Assembly: GCA_000320545.1 (NCBI GenBank)
Contig: ADNK01001594.1
Span: 81,736-145,735 of the forward strand
Direction: 5' to 3'
Source: Bigelowiella natans CCMP2755
Lineage: Eukaryota; Protista; Cercozoa
Length of the DNA stretch: 64,000 bases
Shown here: in pieces, positions 15,351 to 29,246 of the stretch
Layout: every line of letters begins with the position of its first letter
Numbering within the stretch: position 1 is the stretch's first letter
Program-made: the position numbers and the translations under genes
The notes under the pieces: generated by a model
The model's input: the letters and a program-made list of their open reading frames with translations, nothing else
Told to the model about the DNA's origin: nothing
Databases searched by the model: none

Positions 15351-17209
15351 GTAAGCGTCGTAGTGATATCGAGCAGGCATTGGTGCTTGCACGAGAGGAT
15401 TTGGCGAGGTAATTGGAACAGCTTCTCCTGATGCGACATTCAAGTGACTGAATCACGATGCTGATGACAATGATGATGATGATAATGACGATGACGATGA
15501 TGGCGTTATTTGTTCTGCAGGGACGACGTGATATTTGAGGCCAAGATGGTACGTTCAACGTACATTGTTAGTATCATGCTACTCTCTCTGAACTGCGCCC
15601 TATACCTCCCCAACGAGGGCAGCAGCAGCACTGTAATAATGGCTATTCTGCTGCTGCTGCTGCTGCTCTGTTGTCGTGCAACTGTTTTTAGGTTGAGATT
15701 AGAAAGTGGAGGGAGAAGGAGGCGGCAGCCTTGAATGAAGTGAATGCACTCCGAAAAGAGGTAGTAGTGGTTATAGCACCAGCTTATATAAAACAACTTC
15801 GCTGCAGCCTTTTACACTGTACCTCTCTCTTTCTCCTCCTTCATGCCCTCTCTAATCCCCTCCCCCCTGCCTTTGTTAGATCGAGTCGTTAAGAAATGCT
15901 CTAAGCTCCTCGCCCTCCCGTCGCAACAAAAACAACAACATGAACAACGCTAATGTGATGGACGGGGCTGGGGAGGAGATGGGTGTAAGGATTGTACGTG
16001 AGGATGATGATAATGATCGTGATGATGGTCCTTCTGGGCGGCCTCATCGTACGGATGATGACCTGCGAGCAAGCGCAGCATGGATGCGAAGGTAGTAGCA
16101 ACGAGACAACATGCATATAAGTCATCGTCGTATGGTGAAGTATTGAGGTCCAGGAAGGAGGGTGTTTTAAGCAGTAGTGATGGTGGTAGCAGAGGTCACG
16201 GATATTTTGTTAAGAGCATGGAAAGCAACTTGTACTAATGGAATTAGCAAACATCTATTCAATTTCCTACATGCACGATATTTGAGTGCTTCTCGTCGTT
16301 ATCCATTATCCCCCCCCCCCGCCTCTCTCACATCACCGTCCTTTCCTTCTGTCGTGTAAATCATCGCATATTCAGAGTCTCTTCTGTCCGCGGAGAAGGC
16401 AAGGAGAGGCTACTAGAAAGGCTCGAGGAAGACGATATCGGTCAACAGAAACATCATCATCATTATCACCATCATCATCATCATCGTCATTATCACCATC
16501 TACCCAAATCGCAGACACGATTATGTCACACAACATATGAGGAAAGTTCCAACCCGTCAATCGTGCCTACATAATTTCAGTATTACAAGATGATGAGGCC
16601 TATCCCCCCCCATCACGTGCGCGCACGGCACCTGGCAGTGACGGCGTAAGTTATCCTACGGGAAGGGGCAAGAGATTGCCGCAGCAGACCCATCACGTAG
16701 CACAGAGCATGATAATAACAACACATTCGAGCAAAACAAAGTCTCACCAGCATCAACGAAGAAACCAGCAGCTGCATCACCGCCAGAAGCAAGGAAGGGG
16801 GCAAAATCGCTTGATAAGAATCAATAAGGCCAACGAGGAGAGAGAGAAGAGTGCAGTTATAGTAGAGCGGGTAAGTAAGGAGGAGGAGAAGATGATGATG
16901 ATAATGATGACACAGCACTAAATGCTCACAGGAGCACACACGGCAAAAAAGTGGCGGTGCGTTGACTTGTGTGCGTAGGCATTGTTGTGGTGGGCTCTTC
17001 ACATTTACAAGCTGATTAGTAGCATTATTATACTACATTCGTTATACAAGGTGAGGCTGCAGCGCGAGAAGAATCTCTTAGAGTCGTCGATTAAGGGCGC
17101 GGTAATAGTAGTAATAGTAATAATAGCGATAGCCGCCTTTTGAAACCACTAACATTTCAACCACGAGGTCAAGTTTTTATGCGAGTACGTGCTAACGTCA
17201 GCACATACG

Positions 17210-17256
<47 letters not shown>

Positions 17257-18099
17257 ATTTCTTGCATTTCCAACAGCGAAAAGCGTACACTCGCAAGCAA
17301 GAAAATTGGACACGCGAGCTACGGGATATGAACATTCAGCTACAGGTCTCTTGTCTCCTCCGCATCTCTCTCTCTCTCTCTCCCCCCCCCCCCCCCCACC
17401 CTTTCTCTTCCCTTCACATCCACATCCACATCTATATCATCATATCTTCCTTCAGATGAAGAATGAGCTGCTCTCTCAAGCGACAGGGAAGAAGAATCTG
17501 AGCAAAAAGGTAGGTAGGGGGCGGGGAAGGACGAGAGATTATTGTAATCGCAGCAGCAGTTGTTCAAGGAGTAATCCTTCGTAGTTGCTGATAGCTGTTG
17601 CCTCTTGAATTGAATGCTTTTATTGCAAAAACATCTGGTAAAGTAAGTGCGTGTGCGTGCGTGTTTTTGCATAGGAAAAGGACCAAATTCTCAACAAAAT
17701 GGGAGGAATCGACCATGAAATAGAGAAATTCAATGTAGTGAGAAAATACAGCGGGAAAATTCGTATTGGAGTGAAGAGATAGTGGCATGCTGTTATTTGA
17801 AGCTCAAGTTTGGTGTGATGTGTGTTTGTGTGTGTTTGTGTGATGTGTGTGTGTGTGTGTGTGTAAAAAAGGTACTATTCTGATCTATGTCATTGATATG
17901 CACCAAAACAGGCCGCCCTCCATAGACTCGAGCAACAGCGTAACTCTGCTGCTACAACACCAGTAAGCATCCATTTGCGATATGAGAGAGGGAATATTGC
18001 TACTCCTCCTTCGCTGCTACAATTCACGAAGCAAGAGAGTTCATTGGCAGATCGAACAACATTTTTATTATCAGTGAGATTTAAGAGCCATCATTTTGC

Positions 18100-18177
<78 letters not shown>

Positions 18178-19231
18178 TAGAATACCGCTAAGTAATGATA
18201 TGGACATTTGGTGCTGTATTCCTTTGTTTGACATTCGATAATATCATGCGTTGTTGTTTGTAGCAGGAGAAGAAGAAACATGAGAGAAATAGCGAGAGGG
18301 TATATGAGGCAATAGATCGTCTCAACTACGCGAAAGAACAGGTGCTTGCTACGACTTCCAAGAAGACACAATCAGCAGCTTGCCTGTGGATTTGAGTTGT
18401 AAAAACTTAGTATCCGCACACACACTCACACTCACACTCACTACTACACACTTTTTCACAGCTCATATCAAGAATGGAAGAAGCAAGGGAGACTGAGCAG
18501 AAAATCGAGTAGCGCGCACACTCTCACCCATACAAAACACACAGAGAGAGATAGAGGGGGGGGGAGGGGGGGAGATAGGAGAAGGGTTTGCAAATGAGGA
18601 AAGTGTAAATCGGTCACTGGTGCCATCGTCGACCTTTAATCCTCCTAAAATAATCGTTTTTCATGGATGATGATGGATGATGATGATGCTGATGATGATG
18701 ATGACGATGATGATGATCGTGGCAGGACGATTAGACAAGAGATGAATTCCATTCGAAAGCAAGAAATCGCCGTGCGAAAGCACGCAAAAGTGGAGGTTCT
18801 CTCACAAACCTATCTGCGTAGAGTCGTGTAGATATGGGGGGCGGGGGATGAATGCATGTAAGAATCTGCGTGCTGATGGATAGATGTGCGTATAAGTCAT
18901 CACCCACAGAAGCATTCTCCTCCTCTTCCTCATTATTATCTATTTATTTATTTATTTATATTTGTCAATATCATCATTATAACCATGAATGAGAGGAAGT
19001 ATCGTATCTGTGTGCAAGCTGACAATTGTTGCTTGTGTGCGGTGGTTTGGGCTGCTGGTGTTTGTGCTGTTGGTATATTAGTATGATCGGCATCACGGCG
19101 TGATGGAGGGTTTAGAACGAGATTTGAGGGTAGCAAATGAAGAATAACAGTAGGAGTAGTAGTAGTGGTAGTGGTAGTGGTAGTTGGTGGTAGAGAGTCA
19201 TCGCTTCAGTATATAGTGCGTGTGTGTATGC

Positions 19232-19275
<44 letters not shown>

Positions 19276-19995
19276 GTGTGTGTGGGGGGGGGTGGGGAGG
19301 GAGGGAGGACTTTGCTCATATATGGGCTTGAAGGAGAGAAATTGCAACAGCAGCAGCTCCGCCTTCCCTCCCCCATCATTAGTGATAACTATTCGTTGGT
19401 GTTTCGCACACTATGGGCATGGCTGTGAATGTGTTGCCTCCTCCTCCTCCTCCTCCTCCTCGAAACCAATCCTATATATTACCTACCTACCTACCTAGGT
19501 GGTGATACGGGAAATCGATATGCAGACACGACTCATCAAGAAGTGAGGAAGAGGAAGAAGAAGAAGAAAGAATGATCAATTGGATGATTCAATATTGAAA
19601 TAGATGAATATCTTTTGGCAGTCATTGAGCAGCATGCGTGACTGTCGGTCGTCCATCCGCGTTCGTGGTTATCTTCATATCTTAATCTTCTTCCTTATGT
19701 GTTTTCTTCTATTCTGCTGCTGCTGCTGCTACTTCGTCGTCATCTGGGGCTTCATATCCACCCAATACCAGGCTTGAGAACACATCTTCCTCTGCTACAG
19801 GAGGTGAAGGAGAGACAGCAGGACAACAGGTTCTTCTGTCGAGTGAATAGAGGGAGGGGAGGGGGGGGGGGGGGGAGGGAGATAGGAAGTCAGTTGTTTG
19901 TGTTGTGAGTTGAGAGTTGAGATAATGAAGGTTATAGACACCAACCATCATCATATCCTGTATTATTCTGAGAAACATCGCTATTATTTCATGCT

Positions 19996-20056
<61 letters not shown>

Positions 20057-20141
20057 GGCTGTTTGCTGCTGTTGTGTGGGACTCCATTCTGCGTTCAACA
20101 TACACGGATTCAGTACCAGAACATCACTCCGAAGATAACCG

Positions 20142-20175
<34 letters not shown>

Positions 20176-20257
20176 AAGTAGTAGTCTCTCTTTCATTTTC
20201 ACGATTAAAAGGGAAAAAAATATGGATTTCACGTGCATTCGAAGATGGACGCATAGA

Positions 20258-20310
<53 letters not shown>

Positions 20311-21330
20311 TGTGTGTAGTGCACTTGCATGAATATTTCCAGTGGGCAAAGGTGTTGCGATGTTCTGCGGCGGCGTGTACTACTCGTTGCTGTTCAACTT
20401 ACTGATGATCAACGCTAACTACGTCTTGAAGGGGGCGGTGCTGCTTTCTGGGGAGATAATTCTCCATCATCTTGGCAGGTAGAGAGCAATAAGCAGAAGA
20501 CACGAAGCATTGCTGATGAGTTACTTGTCGTTGCTGCACTCTCGTTGTTGTTGTTGTTGTTTTTGTTGTTGTCTTACTGAATAGGCCGGGGAGAGACCAC
20601 GAACAGCGCCTGGGAAACACGTGGAAGTAGTCGCTGCTTTCAAACAAACGACAACCAAACTCACCGTCACTCATCACTTTACTTAATAGTATATCATATG
20701 TGCTCTGCGTGCTCTCTTGCTGGCGAGTCTACTGCTACTACTATTACTACTACTACTACTACTATTACAACGCATTGCCTTTCTATTTTCAGAGTCGAGA
20801 GGAATGGATGGAAGAGGAAATAGACAGGTCGTATGTGATTCTGTGATAATGAGGATGATGATGATGATGATGATGGTGGATTTGACTTAAATACGATAGC
20901 GACATCTCTCCGTCTTTCCTCTATGAGAGAGTGGACGGCTGATTCGCTACCTCGCATAACGCACATGCTGCTGTAAAAAGGTTCATGATTCAGACTGAGA
21001 TCAAGGAGAAGATGCGCCAGGAAATCGACCAAAAGTATTAAAAGACAACAACTCATCATCACCACCACCATCTACCGAAAAGTGTTGGGCCAAGGCGGGA
21101 TCTAGTGTTAGAACTACGTTTACTGCTTTTCTGCTGACTTTCATCCTCTACTTCTTTCTCTACTGTTTTTCCCTTTATTATCACTCCTCCTTTTCTTCTT
21201 CTTCTTCTTCCTCCTCTTTTAATGACGATTTCAACCCTTCAGACGCGACATTGAAAAGGAGCGTGATAACATATTAAGGTGACAGTAGTATAGCAGCACG
21301 GCAACAACGCACACATCTAAATGTCGCAGG

Positions 21331-21368
<38 letters not shown>

Positions 21369-21717
21369 ATCACCCACCATCCATCAGTCTCCTTGCTCAT
21401 TGTTCCAGAAACCCTGTTTTAAGTCGAAATAAGATGATGGTTGGCTTTTTCCTCATCATTGCTAGTAGTAGTGGCAGTAGCAACTCTGCATCTTCGGATG
21501 AGTATCACTGGCACTCCATTGAAGAACCTTTTCCCTCAGAGAGAAAGAGCGTATGGAAATGGCCAATGTGCGTCGCAGTCAAGTGGTGGCCTCCTCACTC
21601 ATCAATCTCAAGTCGAAGGCAATGCTATTACTGATGCTGCTCATGCTTGTGTAGAAGAGACGCGCGGAAGGAGGGAGGGAGGGAGGGTGAGGGTCACCCA
21701 TATATTGGCAAATGCCA

Positions 21718-21761
<44 letters not shown>

Positions 21762-22656
21762 AATGATTTGGTTGTAGCTACGGCGCGTGGACGAGGCTCT
21801 GAATCTGAAGCAGGGTGATTTGCGCCGAGCAACGATCACCACAGCTGCTGGTAGCAACGACAGAACAAACAACAAATGATGCAGAGTCATTGGAGTCGAT
21901 GTGATTTGTACAGAAAATGACGATGATGATTGAAGAAGAAGATGATGATGAAAACGCACACCACAATCTCACTGAGCTAGGACTAATTCCGTAGTGGTAG
22001 TTCCACCCAGAAGGCGTCGCAATAAATGATTTCTACGCGTGTTATGTGTTGCAGGTGCGACGGGCAGTGACGGTCTTAAGGAAGAAATCGTGAGCTTGAA
22101 GGAAGAACGCAAAACATTGCTCAAAGAGCAGGTAAAGAAAAGGGTCAATCATACTCCATCAGCGGAGCTCATGTTGTTATTCTGTACGTTGTTGCTGCTG
22201 CTGTTTGGCTGATATCCAGGCATCTTTAGAGAGCCAGATGGAAGGATTAGCTCAAAACGAAGTACTGCGAGGATGATGATAATGATGATGGTGTATGATG
22301 TTTGTGCGTGTGCGTATGAGCTCTCTTGTGAGCTGTCACGTATGTACTATGTGTATTGTTAACGTGAATCGACGTTATTGTCGGATTGATTCTCGTTGCG
22401 TTGTGCTTTATCTTATGGGTATTATCCTTATACACATATACTGATATACTACATATATATATGCCACACGACCGTGTCGCAGGGCCTTGTTAGTGTGAAG
22501 GACCGCATCGAGAGTCTCGAGGCTCTCATTGACTATAAGACAGAGAAAATACAGCAAATGGCGGCCAAGGTCCAAAAACAAGAGAATGGGGAATAATAAG
22601 ACGAAGAAGAAGAAGAAGAAGAAGACGAGAATGCTTACAGTTCTCTCACATACTAT

Positions 22657-22688
<32 letters not shown>

Positions 22689-23658
22689 CAACAGGCTGCC
22701 GGTGTGGATAGGAAGGAGTTCCTGAAGCGACTCACCAAAATGATCAAGCCCTCGAAGGAAGAAGAGGTTGAGATGATGATGACTTGTAATAATAAATCTA
22801 TAACTGTGTTGTGCGTTGTGCGTTGTGCGTTGTGTGATCTGATTTCTCTTCTTTCAATCTCACCGCATACATATTTATCTCTCCCCCTGACATTTCGCTA
22901 GCGAATCGGCATGATATCTGAGCTAACCTCTTCTCCGTGCATCTATCTCTGTGCTACTGCTGCTGCTGCCGCCGCTTTTTCTTGTGCGTGTATGGTATGC
23001 AGGCACGAGAAATTACTAGGCGTTTCTGCCAGCTAGCGATTGACTTAAGGTGGTGGTGTAGTAGTAGTTGTTGTTGTTGCTGCAGAGTATATGGATGATG
23101 GTCACAGCAGCACCTACATGGCAATAGTTGGCAGCTACTTCTCACGCGTACAAATGCGTAGACTGACCCACCGTATGTATGAAAAGAGAAACAAAGCTCC
23201 GATCAAGAGAGAGGGAGGAGAAGTCGACCTTGGAAATCGAAGAGAAGTCCCGACTGGTCTCCGAGCTCTCGCAGAATCTCCAGGATGTGACAAAGGACTA
23301 CGAAGACAGATTGCGGCAGATGGAGGAGCAGATCGTCGGGTCGCAAACGACGATGAGAAGGTATAAAGAAACCAACACCGCACTCAAGGCCAAGATTCAA
23401 GCGCTAGTGGACGTTGACTCGCTTATGATGCCTGCAACGATGACGACGTCGCCGCAACAGCAGCAAGAGCAGCATCGTATACTACAGAAAGAGAACGAAC
23501 AGCTGAAAGAGGAGATGAAAGGCCTTAAGAAGTATGTGCGCGACGTGCAAGCATACATCAGTGCCAAAAAGCAGGCCAAAAAGCAGCAGCAGCAGCAGCA
23601 TTCTGTTGATAAGGAAGTGGGAGGACAGCGAAGGGCCAACACCTCAGCCGGTTACTAA
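7018..23658 (+). CDS. Kinesin-4 family motor (KIF27/KIF7/KIF4-like), many small exons; the span includes introns and the start codon is tentative
   Basis: Spliced motor motifs: NVRVAIRARPLL (7470), FAFDHVF (7760), YNATVLAYGQTG|SGKTYTMG (P-loop, 8208-8470), VSYLEIYNE (8845), MNSYSSRSHSIFTI (10030), FHLVDLAG|SER (10415/10805), GLLALGNVISAL, HIPYRNSKLTRLLQ|DSLGGNSRTLMIACIS|PA, LKYADRAKKIKN (11670). A long coiled-coil tail follows, with KDRIESLEALIDYKTEKI (22500), which resembles KIF27/KIF7 C-termini. The last exon is ORF 23179-23658. Confidence 0.92.
10182..10390 (+). repeat. Tandem duplication of an intron plus exon start (~104-bp unit) inside the kinesin gene
   Basis: GTAACGATGATAATTATAT..TACTAACAAT..AATTACAG|C(G/A)GAGCACATCAGCAGG occurs at 10182-10275 and again at 10286-10378. 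Confidence 0.85.
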
Positions 23659-24306
23659 CAAGAGAATATAGTAAAATAAAGGAGGACGATGATGATGACG
23701 ACGATGCTGAATAGATAATATGTATCCTTGTTTCCATTACGACTCCTTAATCTAGCTCATCGACATTGTTACCTAAATTTCTTCCTTCGCTTTGTTTGTC
23801 GTATCATTTTGCTCATAATTACCTAGGAATTGCCGGATATCAACACAAGGAAGACGTGGCTAGCAGAGATCCACGACGGCCTAATTCAGCAAGGTATTCA
23901 TTGTGGTATTGTCGGTCGGTCGCTTACTATGAACAACAGTCACTGGCCTGGATTTCCTTTCATATATGCACTGATTTTGCTGTTTGCGTGTGTTTGTGAC
24001 CGTGTATTTGTACCCAGGCCTGCTTCCTCCGCAACATCGTTTCAAAGAGCAGATAAAGATTATATGTTCTCCTAGAATTGTAAATTATTCCTCTTCAGAC
24101 TCTTAATCCATGCAACAAATGAATTGTAATTTTGCGAGAATATTTTAATGATTTAAAGTAAAATCCAAACCCAGAAAGTACGACGCTATCAATCTTTGTA
24201 AACGGCAAGTCCTTTCCGTACACCTGCAACAGCAGCAACAGGTCGCAGCTTTATATTTAGATGTGGGTCCATGCTATATGCAGTGCATTCGATACATACA
24301 GTCGAT

Positions 24307-24968
24307 ATATGAGACGGATGTAATGAATTGATTAAATATTTTCAATGGTCATCCTAATGTACCTGTGCACGGCAGCGGCTACAGTTGATATATGCGTAAT
24401 TGTACGTTGATCTATGTGGGCAACGTAGGGGCCACTAATTATTATATTGTTGCGGTTGAGCATCTTGTCAGGCCCATGAGGCAACACAGAATGATGAGGC
24501 AATCGATAGCCAAACAATGTAGCGCTGTGTGATAAGTGATAAGCGTACCATGCCAATGAACATGACAATGTTGCTCATGACGTATGCATGTACCCGCGCA
24601 CAGCAGTGTGCAGCTCCGCTGGCTAGTCGTTACGCGATCTAGCGATGTAATAACCGGTACGTAAAATAGTGTATGTGTTGCATATCGCATTGTAGTGGTT
24701 TGTGTCGTGTGGCGCAGGCAGATGGCTCAATTATCTCATTATGATCGATGGATAGCTAAAATAGCGTACAATGTCCTCACCAATTATACCATATGTATAC
24801 GTCGCATACACGTCAAGACGCACATAGGTAAGGCATGTTGACATAAGCGCTGCATCGCAGCCGCGGCTCTGCATAGCTACATTAGGATTACCATTGAAAC
24901 GATTCAATCATATTATTGCAATAATAGATATATTGTATTACATGTCAATCATTGAATCCGTCTCATAT
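24307..24968. mobile_element. MITE-like non-autonomous DNA transposon remnant
   Basis: Outer terminal inverted repeat ATATGAGACGGAT (24307) / ATCCGTCTCATAT (to 24968). Inner imperfect ~55-bp inverted repeat TTTCAATGGTCATCCTAATGTACCTGTGCA (~24340) / TGCATAGCTACATTAGGATTACCATTGAAA (~24870-24899). The interior is non-coding, and TA flanks TGAGACGG..CCGTCTCA. Confidence 0.7.
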
Positions 24969-25062
24969 TAGCACAGGAATGCGGTGCAATGATGCACGCA
25001 GTTTGGTTGACTTTGATAATTTTGATTTCACTGCTAAAGACCACCGTGCAGGGCATATAAAC

Positions 25063-25560
25063 TCATGACGACGAGGACTGCTCGGATATGAAAGGCCCCC
25101 AGTAGCCACCATACGCCTTATTCGCCACTTCACATGCTTTCGGGTCCTTCTTACCCCGCACAGGCGAGAAAACGCTTGTTTGAAGAGTGTCTACCCTCCC
25201 TAAAAGCTCTCGAAAAACGTCGGGATTCTCAGCTGCGATGTTATGTCGTTCGCGCGGATCAGCATGAATGTCGAATAAACACCCGTCTTTCGGAGTAATC
25301 CCGCAGTGCTTTGCGTGTGCGAGGGGGTAGGTATGGCCGCTGCCACTAGTTCTGTTTGGCCAAGAAGGGCCAGTCTGCACGTATTGATCTACCATCCTCA
25401 TCTTGTCCTTGGCACCGACGATTAGCTTGTGCTTTCCTCGGATAATACCTCCTACTAATGCCTTGCCGTCTCCATTCGGTCCCAGTGCTGCCGTATCACC
25501 GATGGCCACCTGCGAAGAGGAAAATTGAAGGTGATTACCAAACATACATTAATACAAATG

Positions 25561-25627
<67 letters not shown>

Positions 25628-25949
25628 TGTACATGTGTACACAGAGCTCTCCCTCGCCGCCTCGTTTCTTTCCTCCTTCTCCCCCTCCTCCTCCTTGCTG
25701 CTCTTTCTTACTGTACTACCTCAGTTCTAATTGAGCTATTTTCTCCCATGATGGTGCCCCATACATCGATGGAATCGATAGGAGGCAGTCCAGCAGCCAT
25801 GGCCTTTACGTCTGTAGGATCTTCATCAGCAAGCCCGGCCAACGTGGCATACCTGTCATCACCATCAATCATTCACAGTAGATGCTCAGAGTATATTACT
25901 TAAAGAGGCTCCTGAGGGGGGAAGCAGTATAATGGTGGTGATGATTATC

Positions 25950-25983
<34 letters not shown>

Positions 25984-28185
25984 GGATGGTGGCGGTGAAG
26001 ATGATGCAGAAGAGGGGTGTGTTATACTCGATGAATGATAAATGCAGAAGGTAGGTATATATTTTGCAACTATAGATGGCATCGAATCTGAACTCCTCAG
26101 TATATGTTCAAATGGCTGAAAATGGCGTGGTAGTACATGTCCCAAGCAGCCACGTAGCCTTGCTCCTTCGCCCCTCGTCTCCCCTCCGGTATAACGCCCC
26201 CTGCCATGAAAGCATTCACACGGATTCCCCCCTCCCAGTTGGAAAACTTTCCTCCAGTTAACGGCCAGTTGTTGCCTCCTGTGTGTGTATGTGGCAGTGT
26301 GTCACATATGGCAATATATAGCATATTTTGCGCGAAACATCATACGTATGCATGCACGCTTTTCGATGCCAAACTGACCGCAGGTGCCGCCAAGGAGGAT
26401 CTCCCCCCCATTATCGCTGTGTACGATGAGCAGTGTGTTGTTCCAAAGGCCTTCTTTTTTGAGAGTGGAAGCCATCATCCCTATCTCCTCGTCAAGATAC
26501 GCCACCATTGCATGGTAACTTCGCCTTCGGTCATCATCGATCCAGGGAAATCTTTCTAGGTATGCGTCTGGGACTTGTAACCTACGATAGGGGTGGTGGG
26601 GGGGGGGTGGAACAGCAAGGAGAAGGAGGAGGAAAAATTTTATATTAATGTGTTTTATGTGTGTGTGTGTGTGTGTGGTGCGTGTGAATTTAAATATTTT
26701 ATGCGTTAGCTGTAGTCGGCTATGCTACTGCGCTGCCATGCCACTCTAGGGGTGAATTAATTACGGGTAGTGGACGAGATGCAGGCTCCAGAAAAGAAAC
26801 AGCGAGGAAGAAGAAGAAGAAGAAGAAGAAGAAGAAGAAGAAGAAGAAGAAGAAGAAGAGCTAGTAGTGGTCGTAGTATCAGCATTGATATCGCTTTTCG
26901 GCGCCATGAATCTCTCCTTTCGTGGCCGTTCCGCCTCTCCTCTTCGCTGTTGCCGTGCATGCCTCCTCACAATATTAATCGCCTCATCCCGAAACACTTG
27001 CTCCTCGTACACACAACGTTCCTCTTCGATGTCTTCTCCCTCTCCCCCTCCCTTGGGAGATTGGTTGTTCTGTGAACAGTGTTTGCCGTTTGCAAGGTCG
27101 AATGCAGGCCCGTCGTGGGTTGCATTGTAGCGCCATAGATCGCGCATCGGCTCGGTCCCTAGCTTGCACTTGCCTTCTTCATGTGTCCAGTAGTCGTTGG
27201 AGTGGTGCCAGTATCTGTGAAGAAGAAGAAGAAGAAGAAGAAGAAGAAGAAGAAGAAGAAGAATGTCAAGGCAGTTATCCTTGCAGAGCAGCAAAAGGAC
27301 GAAAAAACAACCAGTTTCTGTTCACGGGAAGATGCGATGCAAAGTACCCAAGGAAGGCACCGCTCACGCAACAGTTATTCTGTTGTCGAATAGCAAAGAT
27401 GTTCGGAGCATTTTTTTTCTTTTTTTTTTTTTACCCCAGCCATGAGTCATAACCGCGAGCTTTTGGGTGATGGTCTTGCGTGGCCATCCCAACATCCCAT
27501 TTACCAACCATGTGTGTTGAGTAGCCGCCCCTCTTTAGGACTGAGGCGATGCCCGTCATATTTGGAGGAATACCTATTAGAAGAAGCCAGACCATGGAGT
27601 AGTAAAGGCAGCCATATTGGATTATTCGTGCTGACCGATTTCGCATGTGTTGGTGCGTGTGCATGAGTTTTGTGTATACTACTATTATCATGGATTCACC
27701 ACCTTGATACCCCGCTACAGTATCCTTAGGATTAGAGCACTCGGGAACAACGTTTTGGACGTTTACGTGGATAGGGTGCCTGCCGGTCTGGATCGCACAT
27801 CGGCTTGGGCTGCAAATCTTGTGCGCGTAGAACCTTCAAAAATAAACACATCATGCAACAGCTTGGCTGCCCGGCTTTGTGATGTTTCATGTCACCTGTC
27901 TAATTCAACGCCTTCCTTCACTAGGCGGTCTATGTTTGGCGTCTGAATTTCAGAGGCATTGATCTGTGCCCGGTGGTAGCCTACATCTGCCCACCCCCAA
28001 TCATCCACCAAAATGTAGACGATGTTAGGCTTCAAGGGCTTTGCTGCAGACGCTGTCGGCAATAACGAATTTGGAAGCGAGAACGCCAGTGTCGTTAACC
28101 ATGCCAAGAAAGAGGAGGAGGAGGAGGAGGAGGAGGAGGAGGAGGAGGAGGAGGAGGAGGAGGAGGCATGCGCCAAGCGCGACAT
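25063..28185 (-). CDS. Arylsulfatase (ARSB-like, formylglycine-dependent sulfatase), 8 exons
   Basis: KPNIVYILVDDWGWADVGYH, FYAHKICSPSRCAIQTGR (CxPxR, ~27780-27830), GYSTHMVGKWDVG, SDNGG, NNWPLTGGKFSNWEGGIRV, LFDIHADPRERHNI. Seven GT-AG introns at about 27895-27834, 27702-27574, 27434-27215, 26764-26582, 26378-26279, ~26135-25853 and ~25720-25510. Confidence 0.93.
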
Positions 28186-28446
28186 GATGATTGTTGGGGG
28201 GGGCGCCCTGAGTCGATCGGAAGTGTGAGGAGATGAGATGTTGGTCCTACGACAACGAAATCAACTGAAATACCGGTAAATCAGGCCCAAAATCACAGTC
28301 GCATGATCAAAAATAGCCTGTATTCCATCACTACGACAACAGTACAATAATCACCTCAAAGGACCACCACCACGAAAGAAAGATAGGACACCTACGAGGC
28401 GAAGGGCCCTACCCTGATTTACATCCGCTAGGACAAATACTCGGAG

Positions 28447-29246
28447 ATGGAAAGGCCGGGAGAGTTGCGCTATAAGCGCCAAGATACTCCGAAGCATGGT
28501 GGTTGTGAATGTTGTGGGAAATCTGTTATACATGTCTGCATTCGCGTGTGGGGACTTAAAGTTTCTCTTTGATACACGCGATTAGGAGATGGCAGCCATC
28601 ACATAGGAGGTGGTGGCAGCGGGAGGGGAGATAACTGCTCGTACCAACAAATGGAGTCTCAGCGCTGTGAGATGGTTTTGCTTAACAAGAAAGTTTTAGA
28701 AGCAATCTGACTACAACAAATACACCTCAGGTTGATGGCAAGATGCAATGCACCAAGACCAGGACTGAGCTCCGAAAGTGTCCAGGCCGTAGAACGGAGA
28801 AAAAAGAAGGAGGAAGGTGGGTAGAGACGGATGAAAGCGAATTTGGCATCGGAGGATTAGGAGGTGCACTTGACTTGAACTTCGATTCCTTCTTTGGGCA
28901 AATTCGAGATCATCTTTCTGGAATGAGGAGAAACAACCCATCTGTTTTCGATGACCAATTTCCAATAAGGCCAAGACCTTCCGAGAGGAGAGAACAAGAC
29001 TACAGTGAATTTTTCCCACCTACAGGCCGATTCCCATCCTTCAGTCATTCCTTTAAATCAGGGAATGGAACAGGGAGAGACAACAACAATGATAACCATA
29101 GACACATTGATCCTGAACAAATCTTTGATTTCATGAAGCATTCAGCTTCAAGATCTAGTTCGCAGAAGGATAAAATGGTGCGACGGCAACAGCCGAAAAA
29201 CTTCAGGGGATCTTCATTTCATAACGACGTTATAGACGAGGTGTAG
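28447..29246 (+). CDS. Hypothetical protein, 3 exons, with a small Cys-containing module followed by an F/G/P-rich low-complexity tail
   Basis: Phase-compatible splicing of 28447-28501, 28586-28674 and 28731-29246 gives ...NCSYQQMESQRCEM|VDGKMQCTKTRTELRKCPGR... The last exon contains the 167-aa ORF. Confidence 0.6.

Noticed and set aside
63-23100. Numerous 60-150 aa ORFs with poly-S/L/H/ER/CV/IY tracts
   Set aside because: They are translations of intronic microsatellites or shadows of real exons.
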